Program-made: the position numbers and the translations under genes
Source: the human T2T-CHM13v2.0 reference genome, Homo sapiens
DNA: 64,000 bases
Direction: 5' to 3' (one strand)
Assembly: GCF_009914755.1 (NCBI RefSeq)
Contig: NC_060927.1
Notes under the pieces: model-generated
The model's database searches: none
Told to the model about the DNA's origin: nothing
Seen by the model: only the letters and a program-made list of their open reading frames with translations
Shown here: in pieces, positions 1 to 12,894 of the stretch
Layout: each line of letters starts with the position of its first letter
How positions within the stretch are numbered: position 1 is the stretch's first letter

Positions 1-199
1 TATGGATGCCCCTTGTAGTCTTATAAAATCATGATATTTTTGCCAGATGCTGATTCCATTTCTTTGCCTTTCTTTTTAGAGAGAACCATTAACATAATTT
101 TTATTATGTTAATAATAAAAACCATTATTTTTATTCCCACGCATGTGTTTATATTTTAATACATACTTTTAGATCCATAAGTGCTCAATAGTTTTGGTT

Positions 200-655
200 G
201 TATACCAAACCTGTATGGTTTATGAATATTATAACTGCTGTATAATTTTCTTTTGTACAATTTTGCCATAATTTATTTCTCTTTTATCTTGGGATATTTC
301 CAGTATTTCATCACGACAAACAAAGCTGCAAAACCCACTCTTATCCATGTTTCCATGTGTAAGGATTGTCTAGGGGGTTGGCTTAGAAAGGAATTGCTAA
401 ATTTTTTGATATTGTATCTTCAACTTAACTAGATATTGCCAAATTGCTCTCCAAAGGAAAATGTTGGAGTTCTTTATACATTCTGGGTAGTACAATATTG
501 TCAGTTATATGAACAGCAAATATATTTTCCGGTCTCTTGCATGCATGTCTTTTTCTTTTGTCCACAGTTGTTGTTAAAGTAATTTTAATTTTATTTAAAG
601 ATATAAACAATTTCTTTATGTTTTGTGCATTTTGTGTCTTATTCTAAAAATGCTT
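200..655 (-). mobile_element. Old LINE-1 (L1M/L1ME-type) fragment, ORF2 C-terminal region
   Basis: Minus-strand translation at 425-610 (ENIFAVHITDNIVLPRMYKEL) resembles L1 ORF2 EKIFANHISDKGLISRIYKEL; highly diverged, boundaries approximate. Confidence 0.7.
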
Positions 656-1164
656 TCATTTTACATGGTCATGAGGATGTCACCCTCTCCCTCATCCTCT
701 GATTCCTTTGTGTGAGCACTTTATGGATTGCCTTATGTTATACGAGCACTACCTGGTTCAATCCATGCTAATCTGGATCCAAATGTAGATGTAGCACCTT
801 CTTAATGAATCTTCCTGCACAAATGCATTAGTGATCAAAGTACTAAAGATTTTGTAGTTGCGACAAAGGAAGAGTTCACATCTTCCACTCCATTAGATAA
901 ATCAGTCTTTTCTGTTATCTGATTCTGTTCTGTCCCTTTGTTATATCTTGACCTAACCAGCACTTTCTCTAGCAGAATTAGCTGCTTATTTCTTCCTTTG
1001 GGGAGCAAAAATAACTCCTCTCTTTGCTTCATGGTAAACTTTTCCACCTATTTTGCTATAAAATATTGTTAACAGTTGACTTATAACTTTAACAAGTAAC
1101 AAGCAAACAAAAGTAAAATCTCAATCATAGTGGGTCTCTCACTAAAATAATTTCTCATAATCAT

Positions 1165-2030
1165 TAATTCAGTTAATCAATTAACATTTATTAAACATCA
1201 ACTAAGTGCCAAGCATTGTACAAGTCACTGAATGAACAAAACATATCCCAGGTGGAAAAGATAAAGAAAGGGAATCTGAGAAGGCTTCTCTGAGGAGGTG
1301 ATATTTAAGGTGAGATGGGAAGAACAGGAAACTAGCCATTTCATAGTGGAAAAAAATGTTTAACAGGCTAAATGACAAATGCAAAAGCCAAATGAAGTGA
1401 AAAAGAGCTTAGCATATAGAAAGAACTAAAAGGATATCAATTATGGCTAAAAGGAATTATAGAAGGAGAAAAATGATATGGGATATAGATAGCGAGTGGT
1501 AGGGGTGAAATTATTTACTATCTTTTAGGTCTTCATAAAAAGGCTAATGATTTGATTTGCATTTTTTAGTATAACATTGGCTGTATATGGTAGATAGGTT
1601 GATGGTACACAAGAGTAGAAGGAAACAATTAGAAGTTACTGCTAGGATCCAGATGAGATTTGATGATGGCCAAGATTAGTATGGTAACAGTAGAAATGTG
1701 AAAGAATACTTTTTAGAGGAAGAAATGGCAGAATTTACAGAAGAAACAAATTAAGAGAGTAAGGAAGAAAATAGAATCAAAGATGGTACCCAGTATTGTG
1801 ACATGATTAAGAGTTGGATGATAAACTGACATATTGGAGACTGCCCTGGAATACGTTCTAGGTAGAACAAAGATCATGGTGGTCAAGAGTTTTATCTTAG
1901 GCATATCACTTGCAGATGCCTATAGGCATCTAAGTGTAGACCCTGAGTAAGCAGTTGGATCTAGATCTAGCTCAGAGAAGATGTAAATTTGGGAATTTCA
2001 ACTAGTAGTAAGAGACAATGTTTTCCATTT
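1165..2030 (-). mobile_element. L2 LINE 3' fragment
   Basis: Begins with the antisense L2 3' end (aacatttattaaacatcaactaagtgccaagcattgt...gaacaaaac), followed by purine-rich L2 body (gagttttatcttaggcat...agatgcctataggcatctaagtgtaga). Confidence 0.75.
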
Positions 2031-2319
2031 CATGTTAGAGTAATAGATATACAGATAGGAAAATGAATGAGAAAAGACCTTACTTTAGTTCTAGCCTAAG
2101 ATATAGATTTCAGTGACCACAAGCCATAGCCTTGAACTTCTATGCATGGATCTTGGACAGATTTTTATCTCAGAACGCCCAAGAAAAGTCAAGGATGGCA
2201 ATTTTCCATTTGGTCCCTTTTACAAATTTCATTTTTTCTTTAGGTGTCTGTTCTTTATCAGAATTTTCAGAGTTAAGGGCTAGAACGCACCGCACCAATG
2301 TATTATCAAAGCAATGAGA

Positions 2320-4801
2320 CCTGGCAGAGATACAACAAAAAAAGAAAAGTTCAGACCAATATTTTTGATGAACATCTATGCAAAAATCCTCAGCAAAATA
2401 CTGTCAAACAAATCTAGCAGCACACCAAAAAGCTTGTCCACCACTCTCAGGTAGGCTTCATCCCCAGGATGCAAGGTTGGTTCAACATATGCAAATCAAG
2501 AAATGTGATTCATCATGTAAACAGAACTAAAGACAAAAACCACATGATTATCTCAATAGATGCAGAAAAGATTTGCAATAAAACTTAACATCCCTTAGTG
2601 TTAAAAATTCCCAATACACTAGGTGTTGAAGGAACATACCTTAAAATAATAAGAGCCATATATGACAAACCCACAGCCAACATCAAACTGAATGGGCAAA
2701 AGCTGGAAGTGTTCCCCTTGAAAACCAGCACAAGACATGGAAGCCCTCTCTCACCACTCCTATTTAACATAGTATTGGAAGTCCTGGCCAGAGCAATCAG
2801 GCAAGAGAAGGAAATAAAGAGCACTCAAATAGGAAGAGAGGAAGTCAAACTATTCCTGTTTGCGGATGACATGATTATATATTTAGAAAACCCCATAGTC
2901 TCAGCCCAAAAGCTTCTTAAGCTGATAAGCAACTTTAGCAAAGTCTCAGGATACAAAATCAATGTGCAAAAATAGCTAGCATTTCTACATATTAACAGGC
3001 ATGCCAAGAGCCAAATAACAAATGAACTCCCATTCACAATTGCCACAAAATGAATAAAATACCTAGGAATACAGCTAACAAGGGAAGTGAAAAATCTCTA
3101 CAAGGAGAACTACAAACCACTGCTCAAAGAAATCAGAGATGATACAAACAAATGGAAAAACAGTCCATGCTCATGGATAGGAAGAATCAATATCATTAAA
3201 ATGGCCATACTGCCCAAAGCAATTTATAGATTCAATGCTATTCCCATGAAACTACCACTGACATTTGTCACAGAGTTAGAAAAATCTCTTTTAAAATTCA
3301 TGTGGAGCCCAGAAAGAGCCTGACTCGCCAAGGCAATCCTAAGCAAAAAGAACAAAGCTGGAGGCATCATGCTACACAACTTCAAACTATACTACAGGGC
3401 TACAGCAAACAAAACAGCATGGTACTTGTACAAGAGCAGACACATAGACAAATGGAATAGAATAGAGAACTCAGAAATAAGACTGTACACCTATAACTAT
3501 CTGATCTTCAACAAACCTGACAAAAACAAGAAATGGGGGAAGGATTCCCTATTCAATAAATGGTGCTAAAATAACTGGTTAGCCATATGTAGCAGAATGA
3601 AACTGGACCCCTTCCTTACATTATATTAAAAAATTAACCCAAATGGGTTAAAGACTTAAATGTAAAACCCAAAACTATAAAAATCCTGGAAGACAACTTA
3701 GGCAGTACCATTCAGGACATAGGCATGGGCAAATATTTCATGATGAAGATGCCAAAAGCAATTGCAACACAAGCAAAAATGGTCAAATGGGATCTAATTA
3801 AACTAAAGACCTTCTGCACAGCAAAAGAAACTATCAACAGAATAAACAGACAATCTACAGAATGGGAGAAAATTTTTACAAACTATGCATCTGACAAAGG
3901 TCTAATACCTAGCATTTATATGGAATTTAAATTTACGATAAAAAAAAGATCCCATTAAAAAGTGGGCAAAAGACATGAACAGACACTTTTCAAAAGAAGA
4001 CATACATGTGGCCAATAAGCATATGAAAAAAAGCTCAACGTCACTAATCATTAGAGAAATGCAAATCAAAACCACAATGAGATACCATCTCACAACAGTC
4101 AGAATGGCTATTATTAAAAAGTCAAAATCTAACAGATGCTGGCAAAATTGTGGAGAAAAAGGAATGCTTATACACTATTGGTGAGAGTGTAAATTAGTTC
4201 AACCATTGTGGAAGACAATATGGCAATTCCTCAAAGACCTAAAGCCAGAAATACCGTTTGACCCAGGAATTCCATTACTGGGTATATACCCAAAGGAGTA
4301 TAAATTGTTCTATTATAAAGACACATGCATATGTTATGTTCATTGCAGCACTATTCACAATAGCAAAGACATAGAATTAACCGAAATGCTCACCAATGAT
4401 GGACTGGATACAGCAAATGGGGTACATATGCGCTATGGAATACTGTGCACCCATAAAAAAGAATGAGATCACATCCTTTGCAGGGACATGAATGGAGCTG
4501 GAGGCCATTATTCTTAGCAAACTAATGGAGGTATGGAAAACCAGATACCACAGGTGCTCATTTATAAGTTGGAGCTAAATGTTAAGAATTCATGGACACG
4601 TAGAGGAGAACAACACACACTCGAGCCTATCGGAGGGTTGGGGGTGGGAGGAGGCAGAGGATCAGAAACAATAACTAATGGATACTAAGCTTAATACCTG
4701 GGTGATGAAATAATTGGCACAACAAACTCCCATGACACACGTTTACCTATGTAACAAACCTTCATATCCTGAACATGTACCCCTGAACTTAAAGTTTAAA
4801 A
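2320..4801 (+). mobile_element. 5'-truncated LINE-1, older primate L1PA (L1PA11-16-like 3' UTR); fragmented ORF2 (RT and C-terminus) plus 3' UTR
   Basis: ORF fragments 2598-4466 translate as L1 ORF2 ([23 protein letters not shown]...LFADDM; [26 protein letters not shown]), broken by stops and frameshifts; L1 3' UTR and short A-tail; 12-bp TSD AAAGCAATGAGA at 2308-2319 and 4802-4813. Confidence 0.97.
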
Positions 4802-5741
4802 AAAGCAATGAGATTATTGCACACATTGAAGGAAAATTGGATTATATCATATGAGGTTTATTGAGATATTTGTATTATAAAATATAATTATCAATGGGTA
4901 GCAAAACTGACATGCTGGTGTTTGAGCAACATTAATAGTTATAAAACTTTTTCTTGGTTTTCTGTTGATATTACCAAAGTAGATTTATTGATCATTTCTA
5001 TGTAATTGATAAGATATTTGATACTTCAGTGGGTTGTATTTAGTTTTTCTTATTGCAGGTAAAATGAATATTCAAGGTTCTTTTTTAAAAAAAGATAATT
5101 AATTTCTGGCTTTACTGAGGGATGTTTGAGGTTATTTGGCTAAATCTTCTGTATGGCCATGGATGGATGTACATATCTTATACTTTATTTTCAATGCTTA
5201 GTCCACTTATATTTGCCTTTAGCTGCTACTTGCAGGCAAAATTCTAGGCTCAGTCATCCAGTCTTACTGATGACAAGTATACTTACTAGTCAGAAAATAC
5301 TGGGTGCCTACTATGAACCAGCTGCTATGGTACCCATGAGAATGACCAGAAAGCTAGTTCATCATTCCTGAATTCAAGAAGCTTACAGTCCGGAAAAGAA
5401 ATGGATTTGTAATTATCTACATACACTGTAAGACAGAATGGAAAAATAGTTATAATAGATTTTTAAAAACATGCTATGTCATTTCCAGGAAACAATGACC
5501 ACTTGGGTTTACAAAAGCTCCCTAGTGAGATGAATGAAAACCAGTAAAAAACAAACAAACACTAAACAAACTAGCAAACAAACAAGCGGGTAGATCATTA
5601 GTAAAGTAAAACAAAGAAAGGGAAATAACTGAGTGCCCTAAATTTCCCCAAGTGGCAGCCAAAAAAAGAATCAAAACACTGTAGTATGGCATGGCATGTC
5701 ATTAAACCACAGATCCAAAAGTTAAGATGCAATATTGGTGA

Positions 5742-6113
5742 GTATATTAATCACGGTAGGCAAATTGTTAAAACGTGCAATGTTAAAGCCTCAGTTTTTA
5801 AGATACTGCAGGTTTATTTCTTACTCATTTCATAGTTCAAAATGGTTATTCATGTGAGGTAGTTTCTAGGTTCTTTCCATCTGGATCCTTCCTCCTCTAG
5901 GCCCTCCATGTCCTTTACATTAAGGGGAAGAAAGGTAGAAGAGCATACATGAGAAGTTTTTATGGAATAGGCTTATATGTGGTAGATATCACCTGGTCAG
6001 AAGTCCTCAGTGACATGCCCAACTTTACCTGCAAGGGAGGCTGCAAAATGTAATCTGTATGTGTGCAGAGAAGGAAAAGCAAGGTTTTGATAAATACAGC
6101 AGTCTCTGCCACA
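5742..6113 (-). mobile_element. MaLR solo LTR (MLT1J/K-like)
   Basis: aggtttatttcttactca near the start; gacatgcccaactttacctgcaagggaggctgcaaaatgtaatct...gtctctgccaca terminus typical of antisense MLT1. Confidence 0.7.
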
Positions 6114-6204
6114 GAGAGTCTACAAAATCCCTAAAATTCCCATTAGTCATCCCCAAGCTGGAGAGAAGTAAAACAACAGACATTTTCTTCCCTTTTCTCT
6201 CTAT

Positions 6205-6326
6205 TGATTAGAGGTGAGAATTTAAGTTACTCACATTCAGTGTCACATAGGTATCATGTTTCAGAGCCAGGTTTCAAATCCAGGCAGCCTGTTCCAAAAT
6301 CTGCTCTCAACCGTTATGCTATATTA
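6205..6326 (-). mobile_element. MIR SINE fragment
   Basis: gtcacatag...cagagccaggtttcaaatccaggcagcctg...ctcaaccgttatgctata is the reverse complement of the MIR 5' tRNA-derived region. Confidence 0.75.
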
Positions 6327-6419
6327 CCAATGTACACAGGAGCCACTTACCAAAGAACAGAGGATGATGGCCTATGGATTGGACAGATCTTGTAAAAGCT
6401 GAACATTGTATTTCTAACA

Positions 6420-6595
6420 TTTTTTCAGGATAGATTCTTAAATGTACAAATATTGGGTCATTGGATATAATGTCCAGTGGCTTTCCTGAAAAGTTGCTCT
6501 GATTTATGTCCCATAAGAAATATATGCAAGTGCTTCCCTCATCACATTATTACCAACATGGAGTACTAAGATTTATTTCATCTTTGCCAGTTATG
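6420..6595 (-). mobile_element. Old L1M fragment
   Basis: ggatagattcttaaatgtacaaatattgggtca...taccaacatgg resembles the antisense L1 ORF2 end. Confidence 0.5.
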
Positions 6596-6941
6596 TAGGT
6601 AGATTAGGAAGCATTTATTCTGACTGTAGGACTGGAGAAATCTTCACAGAAAAGGTGGCATCCAAGTTCATCAATGAGGGCACAGCCAAAGCAAAGTGGA
6701 ATGGCCTGGAAGACCATGGGTTATTTGGGGAAGGCAAGGTAGCCTGAGCTAGCCCCAGTGTAGAGGGCTACATTATTGAGCCCTCACACTGAGATATGAT
6801 TCTAGAGAACAATGAAAACCAGGGTGAAATATAATGACTTTGTCATAATCAGTTTAGAGGTGAGAGGCAATTATAGTCTAAAAGAAAGTAGCCCCCAAAT
6901 AAGCTTTGAGTGAGGTGTTTGCCTATGACAGGTACATATCT

Positions 6942-6993
6942 TATACACATATACTTATATATATATATATATATAATATATGATATATATATG

Positions 6994-7025
<32 letters not shown>

Positions 7026-7031
7026 TACACA
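6942..7031. repeat. (TA)n/(CA)n compound microsatellite
   Basis: Seen directly. Confidence 0.95.
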
Positions 7032-7448
7032 TTCCTTCCCTTGTTACCACCCTCTTCATACTATCATTTTCAAACAAGTAACCATTTTGTTTTAAAAACT
7101 GCTGAATGGGTTCATATAGGATTGTGTGTATCAGGTTAAAATACATTCACTAATGGGATGACAGGTGTGAGGGTTTTCAGCTTTGAAATACATCCAACTA
7201 AGGACATTTGCATTCTATGAGAAGTCTATGCTAATATAACATTCACACTCAGAGGAGAAGTTTAAATTGCAAATTTTGAAAAGCTTGAAGTCAGTAAATA
7301 ATATTTTTGGGAGAGGAGTAGTGGTGCCAAGACAATATCAGTGAGGAAGGCTAAATGGAAGGAATGCATTTGCCAGGTGTGAATTCTCTGCTGGAGCTGA
7401 AATCACCTGTGAAGCCTGGGACCGGCAATGAATTTTGCTCCTTTCTGA

Positions 7449-7627
7449 CAGGGGATTGCAAACTTTAAAATACATTAGCATCACCTGGAGGGCTTGTAAA
7501 ACCAAATTGCTCAGCCTCACCTCCAGAGCTACTGACTCAAGAGGGTTGGGGTCAGGCCCGAGAATTTCCATTTCTAAGAAATTCCCAGGTGATGCCTGTT
7601 CCAGGAACTACACTTTGAGAACCACTG
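7449..7627. mobile_element. MER5A (hAT-Charlie MITE)
   Basis: atcacctggagggcttgtaaaa...agaatttccatttctaagaaattcccaggtgatgc...cactttgagaaccactg. Confidence 0.85.
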
Positions 7628-9282
7628 CTCTAAAAAAATGCTAATAGTAAACTTGCTGGTTAGAGAAGGTGGCAGAGAATAACTAAATAATCACAATGAA
7701 AGATTTTGCCTGTTGAAGTTCAGTCTGGCTCATGTTTCTCCATAGCTTTGAAAGGTTGCTTTATTTCTTGGAAGGACATCATGCAAGGAAGGAGCAGGGA
7801 CAAGAGGTAGGTGGAGATATTTTCCTCACCCTCCCAGGGACCTGATCCTAACTCTTTCCTTTTCCTAACTGCCCGTTTAGAAGGAGAGAAATCCGACGTC
7901 TCCCAGGCTGCTGCAGCCACTGCTGAGAGCAGCATCTTATGCCAGTTTCCCCTGGCGGCTTCCCAGCCAGCCAGCCGCTCACCCTCCGTGATGATGTCAG
8001 CACTTGCTGCTTCATCACACCTGGCTGAAGGAATCAGATGAGCTCCATGGGAAGAGGCCCGAGGAATGAGCACAGTCTTGACAGGTGAACCAAAGACGCT
8101 TTTGTTTTCCAGGCTGGGGCTGGCTGCCAGGTTGTGGATTTCTGTCAGTCAGCTGGCTGCCACACTTCTTTGCTTCTCTATTTTCCCAAGGAAAAAGAAA
8201 CCATTAGTGATTTGCAAAGCTGCTCCAGAGGATGTAGGGTTTCAGTGTGAGACCGAGATGGGGTTAGAATGGGGAAGCCATCTCTCTACTTTGGCCAGAA
8301 GCCTCTGACAGGAGTGGGGCTTATTAATAATTGCAGCCAAGGGGGTATGTAGACAGTTGTGCACTCTGGTAGTGAGTGGGTCCTGCCTGGAAGCTTCTGA
8401 TAGAATTCCTGAGTGATGCTCTTCCAGTTTCAGTGTGGGCTGACTGTGTCCTGAAGAATGGGCTGGGAAGCAGCTTTACATTCAGCCCCTCGAGGCAGGT
8501 GACTCATCTGGGTTTGTTGCCCTGTCTGATGCTCCCCTACTTGGGACACTGGTGAGTTTTGTGCCCACTGTGATTGCTGCTCTGTACGTCTGGTGAAAAT
8601 CATAGAGATATGTTTAAGAGTTAGAATATTTAAAGAAAATGTCTCCAGAGAATTTTTATCCAATCCTACTCATGTTGGATCAGCCAAGGTGGCAATGGGC
8701 TAACCTCAGCATCAGGCTGCTTCTCTCTCCATGTGGTTTGTTGGGCATGGGGGATGAGGAACTGTGTGTGTGTGTGTGTTGTGGGGGTGGCTTCCTCTCT
8801 GGATGTATTTATTCACAGATCAAAATCTTTGTAAAGGGAGTTTGTTTGTTTTTGGGTTTGTGTGGTTTTTTTTTTTTTTTACATCATTACAATTGTTTAC
8901 AGGTCTAGAGAATGGTCCTAAGAATCATTTCCTTAGGTAGAAGGGATGGGAGGGCAAGATAATACATTCTTTCTGTGGTACAAGATTGAGAAATGACCCC
9001 AGTGACTCACCGAGTTACCTGGAAAACCAGCTGAGACTGGGGGGCTTTCTTTTCTCAGCAGCAAGGGGCAACCCAAGCTCAGCTTTCCCCAGGACTTGTG
9101 GCTTTCTCTCCTCTCAGGGAGAATGAAACTCTCATGGCCCCAAGCCTTTCAGGTGCTGGGCAGAGAGTGCTCCCAGATACCTTCTGAAAATAGCTGGCAC
9201 CCAAGTCTACAATGAGTGGTACCAAAATTGTCTGATCATTCCTCCACAGACAGAGCTGCTTCCATGCTTACTATAGCTACAA

Positions 9283-9500
9283 CAAGGCTTCTCAACTGTG
9301 GTACTCTTGGTATTCTGAGCCAGGTAATGTTTTGTTATGGAGGGCTGTCCTATGCCCTGTAGGATGTTTTACAGCATCCTGGCCTCAACTCACTAGATGT
9401 CAGTAGCAGCCCTCGTCCCCAGTTATAACAAGCAGAAGTGTCTTCAGATACCACCAAATGTCCCTTGGGGATTAAAATTGTCTGTAGTTGAGAATCACTG
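9283..9500 (-). mobile_element. MER20 (hAT-Charlie), near full length
   Basis: gggctgtcctatgccctgtaggatgtttt acagcatcctggcctc...ctagatgtcagtagca...ccaaatgtccct...gttgagaatcactg; termini caaggcttctcaac / gttgagaatcactg. Confidence 0.88.
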
Positions 9501-9646
9501 ACTTATAAGAAGGGAGGTGCAGCATGGGTGGGAATCTTCCACTGGAACAGAAACCCATTATTGTGTGGCCAGGTGATTGCCCAGGACCCAGCATACCTCC
9601 CCATGGGAGGATGGAACTTATGCCTTCTCTTCACTCACTGACCTCA

Positions 9647-10130
9647 TGTCTTAATCATGGTTTGTCCAAAATCAGAGCCCAAGATGTGGATTCACATAAT
9701 TTACTTGGGAGAACAAGAAAGCATAAGTGAAAGAATGAAAGTAAGATTGGAACCAGGAAAGTTTAATGAAATATATTTTAATGAGTATATTACTTCAGAT
9801 AGATGAGGCTTGATACCTCTTAGTAATGTTTGAGGAACAGTGTAGAATGCACTTCAAAAATGTCCCTCCAAGAATGCAATAGTTGAGGATTATCCACTCA
9901 CTGTCATCCTGAAATTGGTAGAGGCTGTCCCTGAAGACATGCAGGTTGTTTCTAGTTGATACCCAGCAAGCTCAGGTGGGGCTACAAGAAAGTCCTCAAG
10001 AAGACTTGAAGAAAGATGGCAGGTGCTCAAGGTTGGAAGCTCTCAGAATGCTGGAAACTGTCTACTGTAGCTATAAGTGAGTTTAGGTGTGTTGAGAGGA
10101 TCAGTTGGTTGGAACTTCAACAGCTTTCTC
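9647..10130 (-). mobile_element. Ancient ERVL-class solo LTR (subfamily uncertain)
   Basis: tgtctta...cagagcccaagatgtggattcacataatttacttgggag...cagtgtagaatgcacttca...tatccac pattern of antisense ERVL LTRs. Confidence 0.5.
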
Positions 10131-10719
10131 TATATTCTTTGTGAGTTTCCTCTTTCCTCAATATAGCGTGTTCCTTAATCCATAGCATGTGATATTGAGG
10201 AATTTGTCCCAATTTCTGGTGCGTGACAATAAGATCCACATAGGGACCTTACTTGAAGGATACTCTGATTGTTATTATGTGGGCTAAAAGGAAAGATTTC
10301 TGAATAGACCTTGGTTAAAGAAAGCAAAAGCTGTAAGAAGAAGAGAGAAGCAGCTCAGTGCTTTCTGAAAATGCCAGAGTATCTGAAGGTTTGCTTTGCA
10401 GATGGCCCTGAAAGTGTTAAAATTAATGTTTATCCCTTTCCATGTCATCTGTCTTTACAAGGGATTTGTGATTTATCAGGGACATGCCTGTGTTAAAGAG
10501 CATGTGGAACATCCCTGGGACTTAGTATGCAGACAGCATGCTTCCTAGGTACTCTGAATTCTAGCAAGTCTGTTGAAAGATGGGAATTAGAGTTATTGCT
10601 GTTTTCTGTGAATAAGGGAATTGAGATGCAATGTGGAGGGTCTACAGGGATTTCAAAGACCTTAACTGGTTTTATGAGAGGCCACAATAGCCCAGGATTA
10701 TTGTTCTTGCCTGTGGGTG

Positions 10720-10960
10720 GACAGGTTTGAATGCCAGCTGGAGTAGTTTGAATTAGATAGGACTAGCCATAAGCTTCTGAAGCTTGCCTAGTAAGGAAGT
10801 GACATGATGAAAATGGTGGTGGAGGACTTCATTCTCACAGCTGTTGGAGGGCAATTATTTTAGTGGCTGACTGGCTGGGTGAGAGGCAAGAGAGGCTGGA
10901 GTGGGAGAGACCCACCAAGAAGCTGTTATAATAATACAGGATAAGATGGTGAAGATTGTA
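10720..10960 (-). mobile_element. L2 fragment
   Basis: ggaagtgacatgat...ggcaagagaggctggagtgggagagacccaccaagaagctgttataataatacagg is typical antisense L2. Confidence 0.65.
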
Positions 10961-11257
10961 GAATCAAATTGAAATCCAGATAAGAATTTCAATATTCTAG
11001 CAGTCCTTTCTAGGTCTAAAAATAGTAAGGCAATCCTAGGCTGTCCTAATATTAATGTAGAGAGTGTTTTCTGAGAAGTCTCCCTATAAATCTTGGAATT
11101 ATCTCATGTTGTAGCTGGAAGGATCTAGGGTCATCTACTCCAGTGGTGGCTAATTTGAATGTCTTTCGAGGCCAGACAGGTAAGGTAAATGTGTGGAGCC
11201 GCTATGGCTTTAATGTATATACCTACGTTGTGTGGGCGCGGAATGTTGGGTGCTATG

Positions 11258-11456
11258 CAGCGTTATGGTGGAACCAGCTCACAAGAGCCGATTGTTAAAT
11301 TTTCAGAAAATGTGTAAGTTGGTTGACATCACAGTGGTAACTTGAAATTAAACCTAGCAGGAGTATTTACACCATTGAAATGGGCAAATACTACAAATCA
11401 GAGCTCCCCATCTCCCAGGACCTTGTTGTTAGACGTTTATCAGCAGCGCACCACTG
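11258..11456. mobile_element. MER63-like hAT MITE, nested in an older hAT (MER102-like, about 11141-11545) and a MIR
   Basis: gagccgattgttaaattttcag...gagtatttacaccattgaaatgggcaaatactacaaatcag...tttatcagcagcgcaccactg. Confidence 0.75.
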
Positions 11457-12894
11457 GTACTGCAACAAACAAGAGCCACGTGCCCAGGCACTGCAACCTG
11501 GAAGGTCTGGTGGGAACATGGGCTATTTCCAGATGTTCTAATTTCAAGAATCAAACACCTTCATTTTATGCATGATGTAATGCAGGCCTAGGTGGGAGTG
11601 TGGCATATTTGAGGAAATCACAAAGGCCAGAGTAGAAGGAACAAAGAGACAGATCTCTCAGTCAAACAGCATGCTATTAAAACAGGTATCCATTCTCTAT
11701 GCATTGCTTTAAGATAATTGGACAAAAGATACTCCACAAATATGAAAAAAAAAGAGGCATGGCATTCTTTAGCCTTAGCATGTAACATCTCTTTTATGTT
11801 AGTTATTGGGTTAGGTGTGTATGGCCAAAGAACTGATGAGATCAGGGACTACCAAGTAACAGGGGAATATTTCCTACTTCTCTAATCAGTTACTTTCACT
11901 AAGAAGCAAATACAAAAGCAAGTATAAGAAAAATTAGATACGCTGAGATTTGACTCTTAGGTGGGTATTGCAATTCTTGAGCTCCCCCTATACCTGTGGA
12001 AAGAAACAGGTGCTTTCTGTGATCCCTCTTAATTTAAACCTTGGGAGACAATTTTGCATGACTGACACAGATGGCTTATGCTTACGTTGCCTCAATACTA
12101 TTTCAATAGATTGTTTTCTCTTTTCCATTAAAAAAAATTTAGAACTTCATATTATTCTAGACAACTCACAGGCAACTGGGAAAGAATCCTAAATTTAGCT
12201 AATTTCATAAAAAAGGATCTAAAGTACACTTCAGCAGCTTCATATCTGCTGAGTAGTAAAAGAAGTCTCTCCTAATTGACTGTTGTTCATGTAGAAGGTT
12301 CTGAGGAAAAAAATAACAATTAAGCTAAAAGCTACCTTTGTGTCATAAATCTAAGTACCTTGACAAAGATGACTTATTTTAAATTCATTGCAAAGAACTT
12401 TTGCAAAATTATACAGGATTTTGAAAGACTTTCTTTATACATAGAACAATATAATCAAATAGTTAATTTCTTTCTCTTAACTTGGAAACTTTAATTAAGG
12501 TTTCCTGTTCTATAACCTTGTCAGATCACTGTCCTGGCTTGGTCTTAAAATAAGTTTTATGGCCTTGTTGACCTTCATTTACCTTAGAAATAGAAACAAG
12601 TCAACCTTCTTTCCCTCAAAGTGAGAGGAGAAAAGCTCTGTACATCTTAAAATACTGCAAACTTACTGGGCTAGTGGCTTGGAATTTAGTAGTTTTTTTA
12701 GTGTTCTCTTAGAAATGTTTGCTAGCTCATTAACCACTGCTCATGCCCTCTTTAATTGCTCTTTATCCTCACACCATTACAAGTTTTGCGCTTTCTAAAA
12801 CCAGTTCAACACAGGAGGCCATCAGAAAGGAGTTATTTTATTGACTAGAAACCGGAGCCCTACTATTTATAGATCGGATGAAGGCAAGCCTTAA

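Noticed and set aside
2598-4466. Reverse-transcriptase-like ORFs as a novel RT system
   Set aside because: Ordinary fragmented LINE-1 ORF2 in a 5'-truncated copy with a TSD; not functional.
7720-8073. 117-aa (-) and 76-aa (+) ORFs in the GC-richer block
   Set aside because: No recognisable domain or coding-exon context; kept only as a non-coding candidate.
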